Origin: Antedon mediterranea
Taxonomy: Eukaryota > Animalia > Echinodermata
Reading direction: 5' to 3'
Assembly: GCF_964355755.1 (NCBI RefSeq)
Contig: NC_092674.1
Location: 11,842,001 to 11,906,000 of the forward strand
Length of the DNA: 64,000 bases
Shown one piece after another: positions 1 through 13,600 of the stretch. The translations under genes and the position numbers were made by a program. Within the stretch, counting starts at the first letter, position 1; every line of letters starts with the position of its first letter. The notes below the pieces were generated by a model. That model was not told where the DNA came from. It saw only the letters and a program-made list of their open reading frames with translations, and ran no database searches.

Positions 1-253
1 TTCTATTTACAATGGGTTATGATCTACAGGTTCAAACGCTGTTGTATAATAAAACTCAACACCAAACATACTTTTCTTCGGTGCAGTTTAAATATTGATT
101 ATCGATATTAAAATTACATTCACAATGTTACATTAGTTTGTCTAGTGGTAAAAATAATAATAACAAGTAGTGCATAATAACAAAAGTGAAGTTGTGGATG
201 GTGCTAGTGAAATATCAATGAATAGATCCTCGACACGTATCCACCGACAATAA

Positions 254-325
254 TCACACGTGGCCTGTTATAAACGTCGTTTGGCGATCAGACAACGCAT
301 CGGTTCTGCGAATCACATTTTCTTC
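254..325 (-). CDS. aGPCR copy A last coding exon (EENVIRRTDALSDRQTTFITGHV*)
   Basis: tacag acceptor at 326-330, phase 0, TGA at 256-254. The paralog has an in-frame 21-nt deletion here. Confidence 0.75.
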   Translation of the reverse strand, partial: EENVIRRTDALSDRQTTFITGHV

Positions 326-1597
326 CTGTAAGCAAAACAAGGATTTATTTATATATTTTAAACTATGTAGATGTAAAATGGGGGAATAACATGTGACTTG
401 CATCCTACTGGGCTGAATTCCGCACAGATGTGGACGACACATACAATAAAGGTCCCTTCGTGTCGAGTGCTGCCATCAATCGGCGCCCGCTCGTCTGCCC
501 ACAACGACAGGAGCTGCATGGACCAGTACACCGGGGTAACCCCCTACTCTTTCTAAAGAAGTACTGGTTTCTTTAAAGTTCGCACGAGCCATATGTGTAC
601 ACTGGGCCTCCAGTTTTAAGTTCTTATGCTTTGTGTCGGCCCTGCCCTGTTTTAAAAAATATATTCCATTTCGAATCGAATTAAATTGGTAGACCTACAG
701 TATTAGGTAACACTCAGTAACTGTTACTAGTATTTATTTTAACATCACGTTAATGCTCATCTGGGACACGTTCGTTATTGTGTGGTGGATTATTTATATC
801 TGTACATTCTTTTAACCAATACATACAACGAAGATACAATTGTTTAGTATTTACCTGATTACTGATGTTTACTCGATTCTTGCCCGGAGTGTGTTTTGCA
901 ATCAGCTTCATTAGTGGATCTATAATCTAAAAAAAAGAAGGTTAAATTTATATTAAGGCCCATTTAGTAGATGAAAATATATAGTACTTTCATGAGTCCA
1001 ATAACATTTCGCCATGATCATCAATAAGAACAATTAAGTCGGTTTTTTGCTACATACATTTTCAGTAAAATAACTACGAATTCTAAAATACCTGGTTATC
1101 CAGAAGACAGCAAACCACAAACAGAAATATCCCCTGTAACGAGTTGAGTATATTGAAGAGATATACCATCACACTGGTTGTTGAGTCGATGTTTAAAACT
1201 CCGATTATCCATGTAACACCAAGAATTGGAAGAAGAACAAAGCTTCCTCTAACGGCATTCCTAAAATGAAAAACCGCATATAAAAAAGATGATGGGGCCC
1301 GTTCAGGCTTATTTATTTATCCAAACAAACATTACCGGTGTAAACAAAGTAGTAAAGACACACGAACAAAAAAATAAAACTTTCTTTCTTTTGATGCCGT
1401 TCTTTCTTCCGGTTTGCTCTCAATCTTTTAAGCTATTTCATCTTACAATGTGATTTTATTCATTTTATTATATTTATTCCAATGACTTGGAATTTTTACC
1501 AACCAAACAAACTTTTTAGTCGCGTGGAAGCGACTCTATAGTTCACTATGTCGGTCGGTCAGTCGGTCTGTCTGTCTGTCTGTCAGTCTGTCTGTCG

Positions 1598-1628
<31 letters not shown>

Positions 1629-4600
1629 GGTCCGGTATCACTATGCGTTTTATTCCTTTATGACCTTATCTTGATATCAGTTTAATCTAGCTAAGTCAAT
1701 TTTTCACAGAATATTCCTTATGGCCAGGAATCGATGTGGTTATGTTTTCACGGTGCGCAATAAAAAATTACACGGTCTACGCACGATTTAACAAAATCAC
1801 GTTTGTAATCATATCTTAACAACCATGAATCACAATTAAATAAAATTTGGTACTCATAAATTTCAGGGCATAAATCATCATATGGCAATACAATTACGTG
1901 CGTAGTGCATGTAACGCATGTGTACGCGCGCTTAAAATTTTCAAAATTTATTTTCGATGAAATAAGAGTACGTTTCAGGCAATTTTAAGCGTTTACAAAA
2001 TTGCCATGAGTGCGCAGATTTTTGCGTGCGCACTGCGCGTTAAATGTTATTGCGCACTCTTTTTGCCCGATTTCTGTTTTCTTGACTTACTTTTCAACTC
2101 AAAATTACGTTATACGAGCACGTCAAAAGTGACAGGCTACGCACGTATAAATTATAAAAAATATAAATGTTTTTAAACATTTCAACATTTTTAAACATGT
2201 TCAGTAATTTCGGTCAGTATATTTCACTATGTCAGTCGGTCCGTCTGTCTGTCGGTCTGTCTGTCTGTCGGTCTGTTTGTCTGTCGGTCTGTTTGTCTGT
2301 CGGTCCGGTATCACTATGCATTGTAGCACGCGACTTAATGGCTGTTGGCCTTGTTGTTATTACAGTAGGCTATAACTTAGGTTGTAATAGTTTGTAATGT
2401 TCATAAACAATATAAATATTTGGCTTACCTTAATTGTTTGTACTCGTTTTGCTTTTTAGGAGGCTTAGTCACTATTGATCCAGATCTTTTATAAATCACA
2501 TGTACCATTTTACCCAACACTAATATGTTTATCTAAAATTAGGAAATATGATTTATTTTCAATTATTCTTTATACTTTGAAACATAAAACTGTTTTTCTA
2601 CATTATAAAGAAGTCAAACCTTTTATCCTATTTGATAAAATGTTTGTAGATTTTCTATTCTTGGTAACTTAATATCTTTATCGTATCTATATTTGAGTTT
2701 TTTTTTTTTCCTTTTAGTTTTGGACTCTAGGTATACAGCGCTTTATAGTAGATATGTGTACATACCCCAATAATCAAGCAAGCTGGAATAACAACAACCA
2801 AGCGACACGAAACTTTAAGCCAGCATCTAAAATAAAGACAATTAATCGTTAACACGACCATCTAAAGTTGCTCATCTTCTTAACAATAACATGGTCTACT
2901 CTAGACCTATCTAATATATCTAAATAATAATAATAATTTCATTGATTACGCAATATTTCATTCGTTGATCGATTAAATCCTCTATTCAATGGCTCCAGGC
3001 TCCACCTAATTAATAACAGCAGTTAATATTGTAACTCATGAAAATGTATACATACAAGGTATCAGTGACGTAGCATTCATGACTAAAAGTTATAACCATG
3101 GCAACAATGAACGCAGGCGTCACGTAGCAGAACAACATGTAATGCACTAGCTTGAATCTTTTAGACTTGTTGTATACTACTTTTAAAACCAAGAAAATAG
3201 CTTCTGCCAGCATCCACATAAACATGCACAGAACAAGATAATGCAGGAGGATTGAAACTGTCTTACATAACACCTAAAAGAAAAAAAATAATGTTCAAGT
3301 GTATTGTAAATGTAAATAAATTTTATTCTCTAAATGGTCATGAATTCCTAATAAAAGTTAAGATATATAATATAATATAATATTATGTGACAAAAAAAAT
3401 GAATCTTGAACCTTGAATCATTATTGTATTAACGAAAAGGAAACATTCTTTTAAAGATAATTTCAAATCGGATTAATATCACATTTTAAAATGAAAATTC
3501 ATATTTTTATCTTATAATGAATACAAACATCGTCTACGTTTAAAAGAATATCATATTTTTTAGTATTCAATTTAACTAATTAAAAGTTGACCAAATGTAT
3601 TCACAAGAATATATCATCTATTTTAATTCAATGCCTTTTAATTGATACACACTTAGTTTGAACGAATTAATATTGTGTAAAGGATTAAAAAGAAACGGTG
3701 CCTACCTTACGGTTTATTTGGTTGAGAACTGATAAAAATAGTATATCAACTCCTAATGTGCAAATGATGAGGTTGATATGGATCTTGTAACGCATGTTTA
3801 ACTTGTTCCTATTTATGAAGAATAGCAACATGTAAACAAACAAAATTTCTTTCTTATAAAACACCTTATGAGTTCAACAAATAATAAATAAAATTCATGT
3901 TGATACCTAAAATGTGGATAGCTTACAAAGGTGAAATTTTAAGTAAAAAAGTCTTTAAAGGGAGAAAAATGTCAATTTCAACTTAAATTGCAAACCTCAG
4001 TAATAGGTAGATTAGTAGATTGATAGACAGCGTCACAATCGACAAGCTCAATCCGACTATTGTAATCCATGTGTTTATAACTTCGTCATCTTTCCGTAAC
4101 TAAAAAACAGTATAAACACAAATAAGCAATTAAAATAGCAATTTCTTAACATAAATCAATCACCAATAAGAATGGTGTTTAAAATAGGATTTTTAAAAGA
4201 AAAAATATAAAATAAATGTGATTACCCAGTACAACATACTTGAGTTAACATTAAAATCCTACGAAATTTTCTAAATAATGAATGAAAAAAAACCCCTCAA
4301 GCATATCATATTTACCTCATTTTTTGAAATCTGCATTAACACTGAAAAACTCGTCAGATGAGAACAGAAACAACGAACAAACCTCTCTGTGACATTTCGC
4401 ACATGACAACCTCTTGTTGACCATTTGCTAATAATTTCAATTAAATAATAGATACGTCGATAACACCAGAGTCACTGTATGTTATTCTTTTTGTGGAATG
4501 ATTAATGGTGACTAATTATCACAATTGAATATTACTACATCACAAAGCTCCAATGCATTAAAATGAATTTGGCAACATGAATTGAGTGGAAGCACAAATA

Positions 4601-7600
4601 CTTTACCTCGGTAGAAGATCAAAGAATACGCAATCATACTTCGCTTCATATTCTGAGGAATCCTATAATAAATAAAGAGTAACAATAATAAATATATCCA
4701 ACATTTAAAAAAGGTCACTTATAAAATATACAGATTGAGATAATTATAAATTATGGCACTCATAAACTACAGATATTTTTTAAGGCTGATAAATTGATAT
4801 TACTTATCGAGCCTTTATGTAATGGTTTAAAAATGGTCAGGACATAGGATTCTTATCTTACGTTTAGTGGAACAATTGGAAGAGAGTACATCACTTGGGC
4901 ATCTACTTTGTCATTTTCTCTATAAATACTTATGGAGAGCACACCACTGACTAGGTATGAATGAAGAACGTTCCCTGATGCTAATCCTCTAAAATTCCGT
5001 ACAAAATAAAAACAAAAACATTATGATGTGCATAATTATGACAGCTAAAGTTATCAAAAAAAGCATTCTACAACGGAAAAATAGGTGAAATCAATATAAA
5101 AATTTTGTTTAATGCAGAAGGTTTGTGAAATAGATAATGGGCATTCCCGAGAAGTCAATGTCTACAGAAAAAGAAATTGTAATTTATATGGATATAGCTG
5201 TAGTAAAAAAAGAACATCCTAGATCTTCTTACTGGAGTGGTTGTTGAATTTTGTTTTATAGTTTATTGAATACAAAATGAGGTAATTGTACCGTAATTTA
5301 GTTTATTATTAGAATAGGCCTCGTTGAATTTAATACATACACGGTATTATCTAAAGGTACATCATTACCAGGCCCATTAAGCACATCGCCACTTTCAATA
5401 TACATCAAAACCATTGCTAGATTACCTATTAAAAGAAGAATAAACGTTAATACTATTAGGCCCACACAACTGACATTTATGGCGCTATTCTGTCCAGAAG
5501 AATCTTAGCAAATAACAGAATAATACACTCCTTACCGCACTCTAGCAAGTTAAACACCTTTAGCAATAAGCATGGCTTCCTTTTCAATATATGAACCTAA
5601 TATTGATTTTCCAAAGGAGATTTTTAGTCTAAATCGTTTGAGGGTCACTTTAATGTTACTATATTTATTATCTTCCAGATACGTAAGCAGGTTGAGATGG
5701 GGTTAGAGAGTTTTTGAGGTATGCGCTCTCCACATGCTCTACAAACTAAAAAAAACACAAACTTTGAATAAATCTTGAACGTTTTACAATTTTCTGCTAC
5801 TACGTAAGCAGGTTGAGATGAGGTTAGAGAGTTTTTGAGGTATGCGCTCTCCGCATGGCTCTACAGACTAAATAAAGACAAACTTTGAATAAATCTTGAA
5901 CGTTTCACAATTTTCTCCCACTACATAAGCAGGTTGAGATGAGGTTAGAGAGTTTTTGAGGTTTGCGCTTTCTGCATGGCTCTACAGACTAAATAAACAC
6001 AAACTTCGGATAAATCTTGAACATTTTACAATTTTCTCCCACTACGTAAGCAGGTTGAGATGAGGTTAGAGAGTTTTTGAGGTATGCGCTTTCCACATGG
6101 CTCTACAAACTAAAAAACACAAACTTTTAATAAATCTTGAACGTTTTACAATTTTCTCCCACTACGTAAGCAGGTTGAGATGAGGTTAGAGAGTTTTTGA
6201 GGTATGCGCTCTCCACATGGCTCTACAGACTAAATAAACACAAACTTCGGATAAATCTTGAACGTTATACAATTTTCTCCCACTTACGTAGCGTAGCGTT
6301 CTTCTATATATACATTATTTTAAATTGACAATTTGGCAACCTACTAAGTAAATAGTTTGATAATAAAACGATACCTATGTCCAAAGTGAGTGAAAAGCAT
6401 GGACGTTGAAAACGATATTGTTTGTCCACAGAGAAAGCATCTTCTTTAAGGAACACAAGAAGTCATGTTTTAATTTTGTTTTGCAATTTCAATGTTCAAT
6501 ATAAATCACACCAACCGTCATTATCTGGAATCTGTACAGTAACAAAAGCTGATTGATTAAACTTTGTATCGATTTCCTCCTTGATATTTGTTGCATTTCC
6601 AATCCATGATGCTGTTATGTCTGATATTGGTGAGATTAAATAACGTATGAAGAAAAGAAGAAAAGAATATATTAATCAAATACAAAAAGCAGTAGGCCTA
6701 ATAGTTTTAATAAAATACTATATTTTGTTTCCAATATCTTGGAAATAAAGATAATAAAATCAAACTTTGATTTGTAATTTTGTAGCTAAATTATTAAAAG
6801 GTATTCTAAAGAGAAAAGATATACAGAACATTACTTTTGCTTTATAAAAGGATGATTAAAAACTGTGACGTATTGTTTCCGGTTGGTTGACTATTTTTTT
6901 AAATTACGGTTTTATTGGGTAAATTTCATTGTGTTTTATTCCATTTTTGTTCTTACATTATTGGTGTATTTCATTAATGTAATGAATCAGTGGGGTTGTC
7001 CTAAAATATCACCAACTGCATTTGTAGCTATACGGCCCAGGTAATGTACATACAGGTAACATATATACTCATTTCACCGTTATTTAAATGACGTTATTCA
7101 TTGTTCTTTAATTAACAGCAAACTATCTATAGTCCAAAGTTCCTGAATGTTTACAACCGTCGTCCAATAAAGATGAGATTAAAACTGCTTAAATGAGTTA
7201 TATTGTTTATTAATTGCATTTCAGTAATAAAATCTACTTTTTGTCTTACATTTTGATTCATTTGTTAAGGTAATGTTTCCTTTCGAAGATGTCTTTAATA
7301 GATTCAAAATGCGTGGTTCTTCTGACGCAATCCATGAAATCGGCGAAAAGTCTATCTAAAAAAACAGTAATTATACTCATCTAAGGGTACGATACATTAT
7401 CAGTGATGCGATTAAAGACACCATTAAACAAATAATAATTTATTCATCTTTTTCTTAAATTCTCTGGCAATAATCAAAATATATATAAATTAAAGATTAA
7501 CCACACAGAGAATTCCTTAGGGCCGTAAACGAAATACAAAATTATATAAACATATTAAATGTTTGGACTTACGTATGTTAAGAACCGTCTAAATTTCCTA

Positions 7601-10600
7601 ATATATTTTTTAAGACGTAAATAATTGCAATCAATAAGTTTTTACATAATAAATACCAATTTGATATATATATTAATATCTTCAATTTTCAAAATGTTAT
7701 ACAGACCAGCTGATGGCACGAATTACTTTATTTTGAAGTCTTTAAAGTTCGAGAAGGTAAGTGGGATAAGCAGATTGTAAGAAGTTTGTGTGATAAAAAG
7801 TGACGAATTTTATAGTGCTGTAATATTTATATAAACCAGCACCTGATGATTTAAGAGCAACTGTTATCATCATTAAGCAGTCTGTGTAAATAAAATGTTG
7901 CAAGTTTTACTAGAGTTTTTTATTTATCAATAAACTTACTTCATAAGTTTGTGTAGTGAGAAGCGAAATCTCTGTAATCACGTCGGATGGAAACAGACCC
8001 GGAGTTCTTGTTTGTCTATGCACATCCAATTGAGATGACGTGTGTAATGAACTTGAGCTATTTCCCATAACAAATCCTATTGACATAATTTGCCAGTAAT
8101 TTAAAAGAATAAGAAAAGAATTCAATTACAAATATATATGTAAACAGCCTTTTTTTAAACGACACATCGATTGAAAAGCCAGAACTATTAGAGGATTCAA
8201 AATCATGGACGATACAGACAAAAGATCAATTACACAGTATTGAAAGTTAAAACATCTGTTGAGGCTCTACTCTAAACATCACAGAATCAATACAAGTTGC
8301 ATACGTTTCCTTACCTGTCCTGTGAACTTGTAACTCCCGCTGACCCCCACACGTTTCCGTTTGTTTCCCTGGACATTGTAATTTACACTCGGTTTTGTTT
8401 ACTCCTGTCATTGAGCCGACGTCATATAAGCATATACATTCATCACCACCTAATAGTGAGGCATAGGGCAGACTATGTCCATAGCAGTATTCAACGCACG
8501 TGTCAATATCCATGTCATCGGTACTTGTGTTATAATCAGTTAAAATGATTAAAGAAATGTAGCACCCTACATAATCATCTAGAAATAAATAAAACATTGG
8601 AATTACATTTGGAATTTTTTAATTCTAAAATGTATATACTTTCTATTTTTATGTAACTTAAACGGTTGAGCCGCAATTCGATTCTTATTATTATGACCAC
8701 TTTTATGAATCTGTATTATTTTATGTGTATTTTTTTTTAAATAAAAGAACCAGAATACAATGTATAGGTTATTTTTAGAAGAATAAGTGTGCGACAACAA
8801 AGTAATACGCCGGTAATAGGAAGAAGAACTTAATTAGCCCAATCGTAAATCTCGATGTCCTGTTTATATAGTAAGACGTTGTCATAAAACAAAATTAGTT
8901 AACTAGAAACGTTACCTCTGTATGGTATTGATAGAGAAGTTGATGATTCTACAAGACCTGTAATAGTAGATAAGAAACAAAAGAACTTGTTACTCCAATT
9001 TACACTTGTAAAAATACGTGTTTAATAATTGAACAAATAAAAATAGGATGACTTAAACTTTGTCTAGTCTATCAAATTAGTTGGACAAAATAGGTACGAT
9101 GTGCCCAATTATGGTAATGATAATATAACGTCATCGTGTTAATATTATGTGCACACCACATTTTCCTTTCACATACAGTTTGATAAAAGTGAGCTTTAAT
9201 CATGCTCTCTCAACAACAAACAATTACAAACATAAACAGAACACTTTTGGGTTTGTACACCAATTAAGTTACTTATATCCATTTAACACGTAGACCAAAT
9301 GTAAACAGTTTTAGTATGCATAAGGATCCTGCAACATTTACGAAAAATGGATGAAGTATGTAATAATAATAATAATATTATTATAAATAATTTCATGAGC
9401 TGAAGGTCTACTTTCTACTTTATTATACTAACAGTTTTCTTTCTTTGCTATTGTCACGAACTCCCTTTACGTATGTTTCCGAGCTGTTGAAAATACTTTA
9501 GGAACTCCCGTGTGACATAAAAGTATACACAAAAAAATCTATAAAGTTGTCAAATAACTAAAAAAACAAAGCTTTAATTTCAATCAACTTTAACTTTTAA
9601 CAATCCAGTAAGCACTTTAAACAACAGCTTCACAATAACTTTTACAATATAATATCCAACCTCTAATATCCAACAACTTTCTTCATAAATTGCTTCAATC
9701 AAAAATCCTTCTCCCTTTTTATACAATTGTCATACTTCTCCTTATATACAATATGTTCAAAACCTTCTAGATCATTCCTTATACTTCTTATACTATTGGA
9801 TTACAGTTTCTATTAATAGCATTTCTGGAATGTTCTTGATTTTTCTTATATTAATTATAGGCCTACATGGTTTCTTAAATCAAAACATCTTATTCTAGAA
9901 TGTTCATGTAGATACTAAGTTACTGTATCTGTTAGGAATGGTAATTTATTACAGCTATACGTATCATAAAAACTTTCACCTTACCACATTATTTCAAGAA
10001 CAACACTCAACACATTTGAACGAACATATGACTTACACACAAAAGCTATGAGAGGAGGCAGCTTATACGAGCAATACTCTTTGCCTCCTTATTTTACTTA
10101 AGGTAAGCATCACTCACTTAAGGTAAGTTAATATTTATTATCTTTAACTGAATAAAATTATATTTAACATTGCATGAAAATAAAAAATTAATCTCCTACT
10201 TTAAGGATAGGCTAAACTATTCGAATGTGCAGCGCTTTAATTTGGTATGCGGAGTAGAACAACGTTACACAATAGATTGGTTTCACACGCGTAGTAAACA
10301 GTAACTCTACTCAGATATGTTATAAAATAGAATACCGTATATGATAAACAGCATACATAGAGAATCGTGTATTATAATAATTGATAATTACATAATATAT
10401 AATTAATTATAATTGGTATCCTAGATAGGGAATGTTATATCAGAGTAATTTCTCAGACCTCGAAGCAATTATTGTCCGTTTTTGGGATAACGTCAAAATT
10501 AAAAGACGGACATTTTCCAAATTTAAACCACATAGATGGTTACAGACTAATCCTACACATCAAACTCCGCAGTGATTCTCCGGTGACACCCTGGCGGTGA

Positions 10601-13600
10601 CCATTCACACCGACGAGAAACCAAGGAATGCAAATTTAATTAAGAACTACTTGTTATTATTATTATTAAATTTAGGCCCTACGTCATACTACAAGACAGA
10701 TCTTAACCACATTCTAACGCATAGATAGATATGTGGTCCCGGAAGACTCCAATTAATTCTGGAGGCAATCCCGACCAGGATCCCAATTCTGGACCACATT
10801 TTATTATTATTTTTACTAATTTTGGCCGTACGCCAAAATCACAAGAAGGATGTTTATCATGATTCTTGATACTATAATATTCTCTATTTTAGCAACTCTC
10901 TTGTTCGACTATGTGGTTTGTCAGAATCAGTAGTTTGGAACACCCAAAAGCAAAGGAGAATGGCTCACAACGTATTTCTACCTAACATTACAACAGTTGG
11001 CTAAACGTGTGGTAGTTGCTGCGCTGAATCATAAAGTACCATGTTTCTTTTAGTCCACCATTCGAATCCCATCGTGACGTGTTGGCTGGTTGGAATACAT
11101 GTCGATAGCACTGAGATATTAAGCCGTTGGTCTCGTATGAATGTTTAAAGTAGGAATACAATCTTCGAAAAGAGTTGGGGATCTATTCACGGCTTACTTC
11201 CCAATTCACCACCGAACCCGCCTGAACTAGTCTAAACATAGTTATGTCGAACTTTCGAAATAGCAGTTTTGTTTTATTTATTTTGTATTTTGCTATGTCA
11301 AAATTATATACATAAATTAAATACATAGTATTTTTGTTTTATTTTTGTTTAAATGTTTCTATATGTCGAAATGTCGACTTATACTTATATGCATGTGGCA
11401 CCATTGGTCTTCTTAAATTTTAGGTTTTTAAAAATAAATGTTATAACTTCCATTTTTTATTTTTTAAATGTTTATTTAGATAAATGGCCATATACATGGC
11501 AAACGTATGTTTGGCGCAATATTTATTATATATTTCTTTTTTTATTCGTAGTTATAGATATAATAATGGTTCAATGTTGCAATCATATCCATCAAATCAA
11601 AGTTCAAAACCATTTAGTGTACCATTCCAAAAAGTGTTAATTTTCAGAAATTAGTATGACTGCTACAAATCTTTTACAAAATTCTTTAAAACTAATATTA
11701 CTAACAAATGAAATAGTAGAAGAACCCTGTTCATATTTGAAATATACTTAAATATTTAGGATTAAAAAGGATAAAAATAAGCATGTAACAGAAATGAAGC
11801 CGCAACGGATATTCTAACTTAAAAACGGAAATGACTTTAATATTTGATTTGAGTATATTTATTGACCATAATAACATAGATATACAATGTAAATAACATA
11901 GGCCTAATAAAAATATAAAGATATACCAAGAAAGAGTTAAATTTGAAGAATGTAATTTAACTCTTCCTTGGATATACATAATAAAAAAAAGTAATAACCT
12001 AATGTAATAAAATGTCTGGTGACTCACTAGAAGTTGACAAAAAGATGGTGGATAGACGGTGGATAATTTTTGCTATAGCATTAAAATAAAACTCTGAAGT
12101 TGAATAACAAGGCCATATAAGGGTGTGTGGCGCAGTGTGGTGGACGTTGGACTACTGATCATGAGATCGCGGTTTGAATCCAACTCTGCCGCATTGCTTG
12201 TATCCTTAGGCAAACTGAATACTAGCTGCATTATGAGAGAATGTTTTTTGATGCAAAAATGTTGAGCGCTTCAGAGGTTTCACAACATTAGGAGCTATAT
12301 AAATCCAGGATATTATTATTATAGACATGGCTCCAATTGCGTGCGCAAATTTGAGTTAGTGTTTACCGACCGACAAACCGACCAACATAGTGAACTGTAG
12401 AGTCGCAACTAAAATACTAAAGACGTAAAATTCAAGTTATATTACATATTTTTAGTTATCTTATAACATTTTTTACCATACCGTTTATTTTTTATAGTTT
12501 TTTAAAAATGCCTTTCTATTTACAACATTTGTGTACACAAGAATAGAGATTTTACTGTGTAATTTGATATCCCTCTTCACTGATAAGAAAGTGCTTATTT
12601 TCAACAAGCTTGTGTGAAACAGATACAATCCCAAAAATTATAAAACATATAGGAAAAATATAGATCGATAATTATTGAAATTCATGATCAATAGAAATGT
12701 TTTGCCCGGCGCACCTGGCCTTCAAATCTCTAAACTTATGAACAAATAGGAAATTTATTAAAGATGAACATAATTTGTTGTAAAACGGCCTCTCCGTCCC
12801 GAAGATACTGGTGTTTTTTAACTTTGTACACTGTATCTGTTTTGCGAAATTTCCTTTTTTTTGTTGTTATCAATTTTTTTTCATGAATATTCATAAAATG
12901 CTGTAAATTATTATTTGTTATACTCATGTTTGAACACAAACGGCTGTTGTGTTGGTCGATCGGGAGGTTGCCTGGAATATTTTTATAAAAATTAACAATA
13001 TCAATGTTATTATCTTTGATCTATGTACTTATCTAATTTCACAATAATGTTGATTATGATATAGGTCAAGAGTTTTATCTTTAATGATGAATGAATATAA
13101 GAAATACTTTATTGTCCTTACGTACCTGTGCTGTGTATTTGCATGACGTGCCATCCCCCACACGTTTCTGTTGCTTTCCCTGAACATTGTTTGTTACAAT
13201 CGGTGTCGTGTACTCTGTCCACCGAGTTGAAATCATTTAAACAGATACAGATAAAACCGTAATACAGTGAGGCATAGTACATACTATGTTCATAACAATA
13301 GTAGACACACATGTAAATATCCATATCTTTGTCTTCTAAAGAATATTCGGTATAATCATACAGAATTTCATGGTAGCAGCCTACATAATCATCTAAAAAT
13401 AAGATTCCAATATTTTGAGAAAATGAAAAAAAAATATTTGAAAATGGACCGACTAAACGGCCGTAATAATAATTTACAGCATGTTATGAATATTCATGAA
13501 AAATAATTGAAATGTCGCAAACAGATACAGTACAAACGTCATAACACCAGTATCTTCGGGACGGAGAGTCCGTTTTGCAACAAATAATTATGTTTATCTT

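Noticed and set aside
254-268. C-terminal PDZ-binding motif (TGHV)
   Set aside because: Position -2 is Gly, which does not fit class I or class II consensus.
2167-2397. ORFs 2167..2397 and 34711..34971
   Set aside because: They are translations of HINE microsatellite ends.
5536-5660. Extra GAIN exon candidate next to the minisatellite
   Set aside because: The longer frame has a TAG in copy B, and exons 6620-6516 and 5425-5341 already join in phase. A short phase 1-1 exon (5558-5596) cannot be fully excluded.
11353-12027. Hydrophobic short ORFs conserved in both copies (also 8603..8800 and 14161..14400)
   Set aside because: AT-rich intronic or SINE sequence. Conservation only reflects the recent duplication, and some ORFs break in the other copy.
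12120-12190. tRNA genes here and at 14060 and 42112
   Set aside because: A and B boxes are present but there is no convincing cloverleaf, and at 12120 and 14060 a SINE body follows.
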